Shown here: positions 52,790-64,000 of the stretch, piece after piece
Layout of the letters: every line of letters starts with the position of its first letter
Position numbering within the stretch: position 1 is the stretch's first letter
Source: Eledone cirrhosa
Lineage: Eukaryota
Reading direction: 5' to 3'
Length of the DNA stretch: 64,000 bases
Assembly (NCBI GenBank): GCA_964016885.1
Contig: OZ024762.1
Coordinates: 27,528,001 to 27,592,000 of the forward strand
The notes under the pieces: model-generated
Told to the model about the DNA's origin: nothing
Database searches by the model: none
What the model saw: only the letters and a program-made list of their open reading frames with translations
Made by a program: the position numbers and the translations under genes

Positions 52790-52865
52790 TATATATGTGT
52801 GTGTGTATATATATCCACATATATATATATATACACATACACACATACATTTATAACTATATGCG

Positions 52866-52903
<38 letters not shown>

Positions 52904-53060
52904 AGAAAAGAGTCAGGACGCCGACGGCTGAGATGCGGCCGTTTCCTCATATATAGCTATATGCGAGTGTATATATTTATGATTGTGTATATATACATAA
53001 ACGCATACATTTATACCTATATGCGAATGTGTGCGTATGTGTATATATATATATATATAT

Positions 53061-56000
53061 GAGAGTATTGAAGTTTGCTTGAAGCATTGTGGAACAATAA
53101 GTAAATATCTTTAAGTCGTTTGGAAGCCTCGACAATACAAATGGGTAAATCTCCGGGTAACAAGGTCCGGTGGTGGAGAGAGAGATGTAAGTGGGTGTAT
53201 GTTGAGATGCGTGGTGTGTATAAGATGTGTTAGATGTGTAGAATGAAGGGAAGAGTATAATGGATAAAATAACAACACAAGAGAGAGTTACCTTGGGAGA
53301 GATTTAATAGTCCCTATATATTTCGGATTCACATCCATCAACTGGGTTTTTTTCCGGGGTGGGGGAAAAGGTTGTCTGTCGGACAAGTCCGGAACGCGTC
53401 CTTCGCTGTTTGTTGTTTTGAATATCTGAGGTGTTCGGCAGAGCGAGCGTGCGCGTGAAAAGGGGTCGGTCGTACAGAGGTCAGCGGCCGAATGAGCGAG
53501 TGGGATGGCGCTAGCTGTCAGTCCATTCTCTGCCTGTTTGTTAAATGTTACTGTGCGTGTGTTGTTGTCTCACTTGAGTGTATGTGTGTGTGTGTGTGTG
53601 TGCGTGTGTTGTTGCCTTGTTCCTCTGTATTGGCAGTGTAGTATGTTCGTATGGTGGAATGCTACTGTGTGTGTGTGCGTGTGTGTAGTTGTCTCGTTTG
53701 CGTGTGTGTGTGTGTGCGTGTGTTGTGTGTTGTTACATCGCTTGTTAACTTAAACCAGCCATCTCATTTCGCTTCTCTCTGTTCGGTTGTTTATTTGCGG
53801 TTGCAGTCGTTTGATAAAAAGCGCTTCCTTGATACTAACGTGCCGACGTTTCTTTCAGTCGCTAGAATTGTGACAATGGGCCTCCCGTCTTTGTTTCCGC
53901 ATTTGTCTATGTGTTTCCGGAAAGACGAGGCCCTGGTTTTAGTGTGTTCCTTGATCCGGATGTGCAAAGGTCGAATTGTGCTACCTATGTAGTATTGGTT
54001 GCACCTGTCACATTCTATCTTATACACGACGTATGTGCGTAGGCAACAGTTCGCATGGCGTATCGGGCAGTCTCTGAGGGAGCATGCGTCAGTAGATTTT
54101 TCGGGTTTCCTGGAGAGGCATCTTCGCAGGGAGGGGCCCGAGTGGGCCAGGTGGATGTCGAGGCCCTCCCTCCGTATAGCCTTGCGGATAGCGTTGGTGG
54201 TTTTCTCGCCCAGGTGTGGCATTTTAAGGAAGCACTTGCCTTGGGTGCTTCTCTGTCTCTTGCGTCTGGTGTCTCCTATTCTGTCTGTGATCGAGGTAGG
54301 GTACCCGTTCGTCTCCAGCACCTCGAGGAATCGCTTGGTATGAGTGAGACCACTCGCGGGATCGCTGCATCTGTTTTTGATTCGCGCGATCTCGTTCGTG
54401 ATGTATCCTCTTTTGGCACTGTTAGGGATGGCGGACTTGTAGTGAACGAATAGGTCCCTGCAGGCTGCCTTTCGGTAGAAGTTGCAGTGGATCCTTCCCT
54501 GTTCCGTGATGTTGATTCGGAAATCGAGGAGGGCAAGTGACCCGTCTTCGTTGGGGTGTTCAACACTGAAGTCAATGTTCTCGTCCGTGTTGTTGAACGT
54601 CTCATAGATTCTGTTTGCCGTGTCTTGGGAAGATGTGAGGATGAGGATATCGTCCACGTACCTTGAGAAAAAGGCTACGGCGTTGGGGTGGCAGGCGTTG
54701 AGTGCCTTGCGTTTGAGGTTGTCCATGTAAGAGATCGCTAGCACACCTGATAGGCTTGATCCCATGGGCAATCCCGAGGTTTGTTGGTATGTTTGGTCAA
54801 GGAATCCGAAGTAGGTGTTGTCGACGACGATGGATAGGAGTTGGTGGATGTCAGTGGTGGTGAGCCCGAAGCAGTGTAGGTCGGTGGATTGGACGCGTAT
54901 ATTGACGGCCGGGAGTGCCGGGACCGAGGTGTAGAGAGCGACTACATCAAGGCTGAAGGCATATCTGTTATTCTTTCTGGTGTCGGGATCCATTTGATGC
55001 AGGCGCTTCAACACCTCCTCGGAGCTGTTAACGAGTCCCGGCAAGGTGTCTAAGATGGGTTTGAGTATTCTGGCTAGGAGCCATGAAATTTTGTAGAGTG
55101 GTCCCTCTACGCTCGATACGATGGGCCTGATTTTCAGGTCGGGTCCCTGTTTGTGTGTTTTCACGAGGTGGTAGAAGGAGGGTAGTCTGCTGTTCCTCGT
55201 GAAGAGGTTGTATCTCAGCTTCTTCGGGAGCTTCCGCCGGTCGCAGATGTTGGTCCAGGCGGAGTTGATGTGTTCTTCTATCTGCGCGGGAGTGATTCCC
55301 GTGACCTTGGAGTAGAGGTTGTCATCGTCAAGGTGTTGGAGGGCCAGGGTGTTGTAGGCCTCTCTGCTGATGACGCAGAATTCTTTTCCCTTGTCGGAGG
55401 GGAGATAGATGAGGTTCTTCGATTTTAGGTTGGAGAGAGTGGTGTGTTGAGATTTGGTGAGGTTATGTGTTGTGCGTGTGTGTGTGAGTTTGTGAAGTAT
55501 ATCCGAGATGGAGTGTTTTAGCCTGATGAGTTTAGTGTCGAGTTCGTGGTTGGTGGGTGGGGGGTGGAGTGGGTTGTCGGATGGTAAGTGGGGAACTTGG
55601 GGTGGGTTGCGTCGGCGCTGTTATTTTCTGTGGCGCTGTTGATGTCGGTCACCCATTTAAGTTGGTAAGCGGCTCGACAAAAGTTGGCCTCGATGTTGAG
55701 TTTGAGTCTGTCGTCGAGACGTTGTGTGACGATGAACTTAGGTCCGAGGTGTAGGAGTTTCAGCTCGTCGCTCGTGAGAGTGCCGGTTAGGTCGGTGACC
55801 AGGTGCGTCGCATCGTTGAGGTATGGCTCGGTGTTGGTGGTTGCGGCGGTGGCGGTTGTTAAGTTGTTGTTTTCCACGTGGTTCTGGTCCGTCTGTTCGT
55901 TAGTGTCGATGTTCTCGTTGTGGCGTTTCGACAAGATCCACTCATATTTTCGCTTGAGCCGTTTTTTCTCGTATTGGACTCTGGAGTGGTAGTACTGGTC

Positions 56001-56382
56001 GATTGATTTAGTGATTTTCAGGAGCAAGTCTCCGGGTGCTATTGGCAGTCGATGTGTCCGCTCTGAGAGTGTCCGCTTATGGACGTGTAATTGGCGGTTG
56101 AGATGTCTCAGGATCTGTTTAATACGCGTGCGGTGTATGCGGTTAGTGGTGTTTTGGAAGGCTGGTGTACGTAGGCTTACTGGTAAGCGGATGTTCTTGA
56201 TGGTGTTGGGGATGACATCGTTTTTTAGGCAGCGTTTCAGGAAAATACACATCTCACACATCTTATACATACCACGCATCTCAACATACACCCACTTACA
56301 TCTCTCTCTCCACCACCGGACCTTGTTACCCGGAGATTTACCCATTTGCATTGTCGAGGCTTCCAAACGACTTAAAGATATT

Positions 56383-56386
<4 letters not shown>
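53061..56386 (-). mobile_element. Near full-length PLE (Penelope/Poseidon-type): ORF about 56245-53745 with two frameshifts, 3' UTR, and an inverted copy of its 3' end at 56245-56386
   Basis: IFLKRC..VIP, LHLGPKF, PSDKG, RPIVSS, FSLDVVALYTSVP, GLPMGSSLS, RYVDD, VVYKIEC...YIGSTIRPLHIRIKEH and a shifted IKEALFIKRLQPQINNR. 53100-53240 is the reverse complement of 56245-56386. Confidence 0.95.
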
Positions 56387-56414
<28 letters not shown>

Positions 56415-56421
<7 letters not shown>

Positions 56422-57476
56422 CGTTTCTGAATTTGTTTAGCAAGATTCTTTATCTGAAGTCGTGTGTTGAAACCGATATTGTTATACTTTGGGAGGGTTA
56501 TGTTGCCAATAAGAAACACACGCACCAGTTGCTTTCACTTCAATTTATTATTAAAATAAATTTATAATAAATTTATAAATTTATAAATTTCTGGTTGGTT
56601 GGTTCCACAACCAGATAGTTGTTTATATATTGTCATAGTTCTTTCGTCACACACTCTGTGACCTCTTCAGTGACTGGGGATTCCTTTCTTTGTTTCTGTG
56701 CCTCTCCTTTGTTCTGTCCTACGCCATTTTGTTTCTGTGTGTGTGTTGTGTGCTCAGTTTGCGCATGCGCCACATCCGGGTTTTGCTGTGTGTGTTTATG
56801 TTCATTTATCTATTTGTTTATTTATTTATTTATTTACATGTTATTGGTTGGTTGTTTGTTCTATGTGTGTGTGTTTTCATTTTGTCCTTAATTGTAAGTT
56901 GTGATGTTGCTGTTCCACTCATATTTTCTATTTAATTTTGGTTGTAATTCTTTTATGTTTATTGCCTCTGTAATTTGTCTAAACATTGCGTCTTTTCTGT
57001 GTGTAGATTCTATTTTTATTTCTATGTTCTCTAATTTACCCTTGTGTTCTATTTTAGCATGTTGGTAGAGTACAGATGATTCTTTACTATATTGAAGGTC
57101 TCGCCAGTGTTCATTTATCCGTTCCCCTACACTACGAGCTGTCTCACCTATGTACACTATATTTTTGTCTCTACACTGTCCTTCAGTACATCTTATGCTA
57201 TACACTACATTTTTAGTTTTACAGTTAATATGGGGGCTTATTTTACAGGTTATACATTTCTTATCTATACATGAGGGTTTTTGAAAAGGGTATGTCTTGC
57301 TAATAAGTGTTTTTACGGAGGTACCTGGTCTTTCTACTATCTTAATATTGAGTTTATGTTTATTTAGGGCCCTTCTAAATTTGTAAGCTAATTCACCTCT
57401 AGGGGTTGTATCGATGAACATTACACTCTGGTATTTATTGCTATCATACCATGAGTTTATTCTATTAGCCTTGTTC
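56415..57476 (-). mobile_element. 5'-truncated PLE copy (GIY-YIG + pseudo-LTR), same family as 26330-29365
   Basis: The ORF in 56888-57476 is nearly identical to 28370-28903. Confidence 0.92.
56632..56674 (-). ncRNA. Minimal hammerhead ribozyme (family E), intact
   Basis: Minus strand: gtca-CTGAAGA-g gtcaca gagtg tgtgac-GAAA-gaac-TA-tgac. Confidence 0.75.
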
Positions 57477-57624
57477 AACCAAAACATGAAGTACACATAT
57501 ACACACACCCTACATACGTACGAACCCGCATACTCACACATATATATTTATTTTAAAAGAAAACAGATTAAAGTTTAAGCAAATAATCACTGCTTTCACC
57601 CTTAAGGGATCTTCTGAAACTCAG

Positions 57625-57675
57625 AGTTTCAGAAGATCCCGTTAAGGGTGAAAGCAGCGATTCTTTGCTTAAACT
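57625..57675 (+). ncRNA. Hammerhead ribozyme, U4A core variant (family H), with a mirror copy at 57572-57621 (-)
   Basis: agttt-CAGAAGA-tccc gttaa gggt-GAAA-gca gcgattctt tgc-TT-aaact. Confidence 0.65.
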
Positions 57676-58016
57676 TTAATCTGTTATTTTAATAAATATT
57701 TGCTCTACGGTTCTTATATATTTGATATATATTTATCCTTATCGAGCCCTCTTTGGATTTTAGTCTTCAACTTTATTATTATTACTATATATATATAAAC
57801 ATAAATTATCGAGATTCGCATTTCGGCCCACGAAATAACGAAAAACAACCTCCGAGATGTGAGGCAAGTGCTCAATGATTCAGATGAACCAGAGCTATAA
57901 CAAACGTTAAAGGCCAAAAACACTGAGACGATGGTTAAACAATCATTCGCATAGCCAAAAAAACGATCAAGTAATTCGGGTATTGAAAATATATATATAT
58001 ATATATATATATATTG

Positions 58017-58087
<71 letters not shown>

Positions 58088-58444
58088 TTGATGTGTGTGT
58101 ATATACATACATAGTTAATTTATAAATAAAAGGGACAATGAAAGTCAGCACGGTTATCGCTCGCGCGTCCGTCTGTCCGCCCGTTCGTCCGTTCGTCCGT
58201 ACGTCGTTCATCTGTCTGTACCTTCGTCTGTCCGTACCTTCGTCTGTCTGTACGATCGTCTGTCCGTTCGTCTGTACGTTGAAACCATTCTCGTTATAAA
58301 AGCTCCTAATCATTTTCTTATCTTCCAATACTGTTCGCTTGACCAAGCCGAAAGGTGGAGAAAATTAGTGAACGCTGCGTCTTATCTTGGAAAGTTTCGA
58401 AACGGTTTATGGAGGAAACTGTCATCCTGGTTGATATAATTGTC

Positions 58445-58591
58445 CCCGTTGTTGTTGGTGGTGGTGTGGTGGTGGTGGTGGTGGTGGCGGTGGTGGTGGT
58501 GTTGGTGGTGTCGTTGTTGGTGGTGTTGGGGGTGTTTGTGGTGGCAGTGGCGTTGGTGTTGGTGGTGTTGATGGTGTCGTTGTTGTTGTTG

Positions 58592-58623
<32 letters not shown>

Positions 58624-58985
58624 GTTGTTAGTGGTGGTGGTGGTGGTGTTCGTGGTGTTCGTGGCAGTGTTGGTGTTCGTGGCAGTGTTGGTGTTCGTGG
58701 TAGTGTTGGTGTTGTTGTTGTTGGTGGTGGTGGTGTTAGTGTTGTTAGTGGTGGTGGTGGTGTTCGTGGTGTTCGTGGCAGTGTTGGTGTTCGTGGTAGT
58801 GTTGGTGTTGGTGTTGGTAGTGGTGGTGTTGTCGAAGTTGTTGCTGCGGTTGCTGTTTTTGTTCTACGTTTTTGTTCTTCGTCTTCTTCTCCTTCTTGCT
58901 GTTTATGTTGTTTTCCTTGTTGTTCTTCCTGTTGTTGTTGGTGGTGGTTGTTGTTGTAGTCGTTGTTGTTATCGTTGCTGCTGAC
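58445..58985. repeat. (GGT/GTT)n compound repeat
   Basis: Direct inspection. Confidence 0.9.
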
Positions 58986-59409
58986 GTGTCTTTTTCATTG
59001 TCGCTATTGTTCTTGTAGCGATTGTAGTGTTGCTGCTTCTGATAGTACTGCTGATAGTACTCTAGAAATAAAGGGAGATAATTCTATTACAACCCCGCGA
59101 CCGCCATTTATATTTAATGACATTCCTCATATCACGTCGTATCTAAATGTAATATTTCCGTCTGATATTCGTTTATCTATTAAATTATATATTTAAATAA
59201 TTCAATCTACTAATTATCAATATTAATCTATATCTTCTTCGATCTGTCTGAGACTGATTAATTTTTCTCAAATTCTCCGATTTGCGTTTTCTTTTTATAA
59301 TTTTTACGACATTGAATTTTCTACATTCCTGTTATGGCCGAGTTTTTGTTTTTTTTATTCGTTATCTATATATTCCTAAATATGAATATATATATATATA
59401 TGTATATAT

Positions 59410-59715
59410 GTATTCAATGATATTAAATAAATGGAAACTATATTTATAAAACCATATTTATTCAATTATATATATTTGAAGGGTACCAAATAAAATACAA
59501 AATGTTTTATAAATATTTGACATGACCAAGGATAATATACTTTAACGGTTCTTCCAGGGATAACTTGAACTGTTAAGGTATATTATCCTTGGTCATGTCA
59601 AATATTTATAAAACATTTTGTATTTTATCTGATGATAGCATACCAAAATGTTGGTACCCTTGAAATATATATGTTTTATAAATATAGTTTCCATTTATTT
59701 AATATCATTGAATAT
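59410..59715. repeat. Inverted repeat holding a broken family-B-like hammerhead (CTGATGA at 59629-59635)
   Basis: 59410-59550 mirrors 59570-59715; related to 15160-15260; the 3' strand of stem I is lost. Confidence 0.6.
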
Positions 59716-59828
59716 TTACTCCAGAAAGCTGTTGAGTGCTCTGAATGAGTTATAAACATTTATATTTATTTGTTGTATATCCAACAAATTAAATATCCCT
59801 TCTACTTGTATATATGTATATATATATT

Positions 59829-59860
<32 letters not shown>

Positions 59861-60849
59861 TATATATTTATGTATATATAGTGTATTTGGTAATATACTG
59901 TATGCTTAATTAAAAGCATTTTGAAGACCTTACGCTATTGTTTTAAAGTAGTGACTATGTAATTTACTTCTTTTTTCAACAAACAAAGGGAGATAAGCTT
60001 ACAGATCTCTGTTGATATTTCTCAGACCTTATCACTCCCCTTGTCTGTTGAAAATTATTAATGTTGGATTCTTATAGAATTCCAGTAATAATCAGGAACT
60101 GATTATACAGAGCGGTTGTCGATCCAACAAACATTTAAAATTAGAATTGGTGCTCTGAAATAGCGATGTAGTGTATTACCAAATACACTATATATACATT
60201 CATATATACATCGCTATTTCAGAGCACCAATTCTAATTTTTAATTTTTGCTGGACCGGCTCTGTATAATCAGTTCCTGGACTTGGCAATCGCTTTGTATA
60301 TTCAGTTCCTGGACTTGGCTGCTATTTCTAGTTGTCGATAATCCTATTCATTCCACTGGGATGAAGGTAGAACGATGTGTGTATTTTTAAAATAATTGCA
60401 ACACGTGCTGCTAGTCATTCGCAGATTTGCATTTGCTGTGTAAACACAGATAGTTAAATCTTCTCCCTTGTTGAATTTGACTACTGTGGTTTACCGATCG
60501 ATTGATGGTGAAATATATTTCTTTACAAAAGTATCACTTATCTACATTGTTCCGCTTACAGATTAATATATACACGGAAGATTAATCATTTTAAAAGGTA
60601 TCTATATTTAAAGTTCTAGTTAAACTTTAATTAGTTCCCTACCTAGCTGTGTGTGCTTACACACTTTTACAAATTATTCCCTGTGATTGTTTCATATGTT
60701 TATTTTAGATATATATATATATGTCAATCAATTTCTAGTTGATATATATATATGGGAACGATCGACTTTCGTCAAATCGGACCGAGGGAACAATGTTTCC
60801 GTTGGTCTTTCCAATTGCTAATACTATCTATCGGTCGCAACTCCAGGTA

Positions 60850-60961
60850 GAATGAGCAACGTGAAATAAAGTGTCTTGCTCAAGGACATAACGCATCGCC
60901 TGGTCCAGGAATCGAACTCAGAACCTTACGATTGCGAATCCAATTCTCTAACCACACGCCT

Positions 60962-60965
<4 letters not shown>
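60850..60965 (-). mobile_element. SINE 5' portion (family of 51283-51600)
   Basis: Reverse complement gaaggcgtgtggttagagaattggattcgcaatcg...ccttgagcaagacactttatttcacgttgctc. Confidence 0.75.
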
Positions 60966-61039
<74 letters not shown>

Positions 61040-61530
61040 TACTCACCGTCCCTCCCATGTAACTGCACTCGCACCTTCCATAGTTTCCTTACCGTCCATC
61101 CTGTAAAACAGCACCACGTGCCTTCTATAGTGTGTCACTCATACTGTTACTCCATGTGACAGCACTTCTTGCCATCCATATTATTCTCACTATCCGTCCC
61201 TCCCGTGTCACCACACCTCCCACCTTCCGTAGCATTCTCACCGTCCCTCCCATGTAATACCACCTCCCACGTTCCATAGTATCCTTACTGTCACTCCTTG
61301 GTAACTGCGCCTCCCGCCTCCCATAGTATTCTCACCTCCCACCATCCGTATTATTCTCACCGTCCCTCCTATATAACAGTACTTCCCACCTTCCATAGTA
61401 TCCTCACTGTCACTCCTGTGTAACAGCACCTCGCGTCATCCATAGTATTCTCACCGTCCCTGCACGTCCCACCTTCCATATATCTCCACCGTCCCTCCCT
61501 TCTGACAGCACCTCTCACCATCCCTCCCAT
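61040..61530. repeat. Degenerate minisatellite of about 40-50 bp
   Basis: Recurring ttctcaccgtccctccc...cacctcccaccttccatagta. Confidence 0.7.
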
Positions 61531-61856
61531 TCATTCCTTTGTATCAGTACATATTTCTACATTCCCCATATCCGCCATTTTGTTTTAATAACATTCAGCA
61601 AAAATTGTTTCTATATTTATCTACTTAGTCTGATAATTAAGTTTTTCCTCAAGTCAGTGTTGTATGTATATGTGTGTATATATGTCAATATATATATATA
61701 TATATATATGAAAAATATGAAAACATGGCGTGCTGCGTGGTTGCAAATGGGTTACATGTGAATAAATTTAGTCCTTTATCAGTGATCTTCCAGCCTTCAT
61801 TGGTATTTCATCGCTTTAAATATATATATATATATATATATACATACATGTATATA

Positions 61857-61926
<70 letters not shown>

Positions 61927-62014
61927 CATGTATATATGCATACATATATATATATACATACATACATGTATATATGCATATATATATATATATATACATA
62001 CATACATGTATGTA

Positions 62015-62115
<101 letters not shown>

Positions 62116-62850
62116 TATATGTGTGTGTGTGTGTAGATAAATCTACCAAAATATACGGTAGTGTCCAATCCGTATGAAGAACTCAATATAATCCAAATAT
62201 CATGAAAAGAGAAGATGCATTCAAAACTTTTTGATGAAAATCATAGGAAAACAGAGTCAAGATAAATGAATAAAAACAATGAATAAAAACAAAGAAACAG
62301 TTCCTTATATTAAAAAGTTCATCATTCATCGATCGTTTCTACGATATATATGTGTGTGTTGGTATGTATATCATATAGATCTATGTAAAAATGTTACAAA
62401 CTATCAGAGGGAATATACAATATTTCTGAATACAGCATATATATGTGTAGGTATGTATATTCCCTCTGATATTTTGTAAAATTTTTACATAGATCTATAT
62501 GATATACATACCAACGTACACATATATATCCTAGAGACGACGTAAAATGATGAATTTTTTTAATATAAGGAACTGTTTCTTTGTTTTTATTCATTTGTTT
62601 TTATTAATTTATATATATATATATATATATTACTCTTTTACCTGTTTTAGCCATCCGGCTGAGGCCATGCTGGGGCACCGCCCTTGGTATATATATATAT
62701 ACATACATGTATATATGCATATATATATATGAATGTATATATATAGTATATTTGGCAATATACTGTATACTTAATTAAAAACATTTTGAAGACCTTTTAA
62801 AGTAGTGACTATGTCACTTACTTCTTTTTTTCAACAAACGAAGGGAGATA

Positions 62851-62895
62851 AGCTGACAGATCTCTGTTTCGTACTAGTTGGTATTCATCAGAGCC
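62851..62895 (-). ncRNA. Type-I hammerhead ribozyme with a GUC site
   Basis: Minus strand: ggct-CTGATGA-atac caacta gtac-GAAACAGA-ga-TCT GTC-agct. Confidence 0.75.
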
Positions 62896-63094
62896 TAGCA
62901 CTCGCCTTTGTAAATGTTTTTAATTAAGCATACAGTATATTGCCAAATATTGGCTGGTTGGGTGGTTCTTGAGTTTTAGTAATATAGATGACCGTATGTG
63001 ACAAGGCTAACGCCAGTTATGCTAGCCAATGAGAATAAGTTAATGGCAGGTACCTTAATTTAACGACAGTACAGTTGACTGATGAAATGACAAG

Positions 63095-63355
63095 TCAGTC
63101 AATCATATTGGTAGTCTTCCCACAGTCCCGGCGGACAGAATGGAGAAGACGTTTCATCGGAGAAGACGTTTCATCGGCAAGGGCGACGCTCTGGAAAAGC
63201 CATTCCAACTCGCGAGGGCCACACCTGCGGCTGGCCAGTTCAGCGCCTATGGTGGTGAGTAGGGAGGTAGCCCTAGGGCCGAGGACACCACAAGTCTCCA
63301 CTGCCAATGGTACGACGGTAAACCTGTCGGAGAGCGACCAGTATTTGGAGAACAG
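63095..63355 (-). mobile_element. C-terminal fragment of a restriction-like-endonuclease non-LTR element (CRE-like)
   Basis: KYWSLSDRFTVVPLAVETCGVLGPRATSLLTTIG...WLFQSVALA resembles the KY..P.AVET.G..G..LFQR motif. Confidence 0.65.
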
Positions 63356-63389
63356 CTGTTGCTGGTATTCATTTTCACCTGATTATATT

Positions 63390-63500
63390 GGAGCAACATG
63401 AAAGGAAGTGTTTTGCTCAAGAACACAACACGCAACCCGGCCCAAGAATCGAATTATGATCGTAAGTCCAACACCCTTACCTCTAAGCCACACACCTTCA
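63390..63500 (-). mobile_element. Decayed SINE 5' portion (family of 51283-51600)
   Basis: Reverse complement gaaggtgtgtggcttagaggtaagggtgttggacttacgatc...ttgagcaaaacacttcctttcatgttgctcc. Confidence 0.65.
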
Positions 63501-63796
63501 CTGATAGCACATAGCTTCATTACACAGTTTATAATAGTATATTTGTACCTATAATCATTAGTACTCTTGGCTATGTACCTATGTATTTAGCAAATATTTT
63601 TAGAAAATCTGGGAATTCAGACAAAGAAAATATACTGCTAATAAGCACTATAGAAACTGAATTTGTAAAATTCAGCATGAGACTTTTTATTGCACTGGTT
63701 AAATAAAACCCATTCTTTCTCCGTTAGAAATCCACTTCGTTTTTATAGACAGATTTAGAAAAGAACGTATGTATTTATATATATATGTGTAAGTAC

Positions 63797-63905
<109 letters not shown>

Positions 63906-63946
63906 TATACATATATATATATATATATACATATATATATGTATCT

Positions 63947-63985
<39 letters not shown>

Positions 63986-64000
63986 GATATAGATATATAT

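Noticed and set aside
60090-60285. Inverted repeat with CTGATTA...gctct GAAA
   Set aside because: The core and cleavage triplet deviate and stem I is absent; at most a decayed relic
62270-62600. Inverted repeat containing GAAAC-gatc-G
   Set aside because: No recognisable CUGANGA half, so it is not called as a ribozyme
63068-63102. CTGATGA within a hairpin
   Set aside because: A simple hairpin (ttgactga/tcagtcaa) with no hammerhead topology

Overview
Repeat-dense, gene-poor eukaryotic DNA, most likely from an octopus. That assignment is an inference from the tRNA-derived SINE families, the (TA)n/(CA)n density and the TTAGGG-type repeat. No host protein-coding gene is supported, and almost all listed ORFs are microsatellite artefacts. 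The real coding remnants are retroelements: several Penelope-like elements (PLEs; RT plus C-terminal GIY-YIG), an L1/Tx1-like LINE, an RTE LINE and a CRE-type fragment. The main signal is non-coding. Reading both strands by eye gives about 30 type-I hammerhead ribozyme (HHR) motifs in roughly 15 sequence families. They sit in PLE 3' ends and in non-coding tandem arrays of 541-591 bp that resemble retrozymes. Related copies show compensatory base changes in their stems, two families carry a U3:A8 core variant, several have long stem-II insertions, and most have palindromic minimal stems III. Nearly every insert lies in a (TA)n tract and has an inverted partial copy at one end. Ribozyme activity and family assignments are predictions from manual folding and motif recognition, not from computation.
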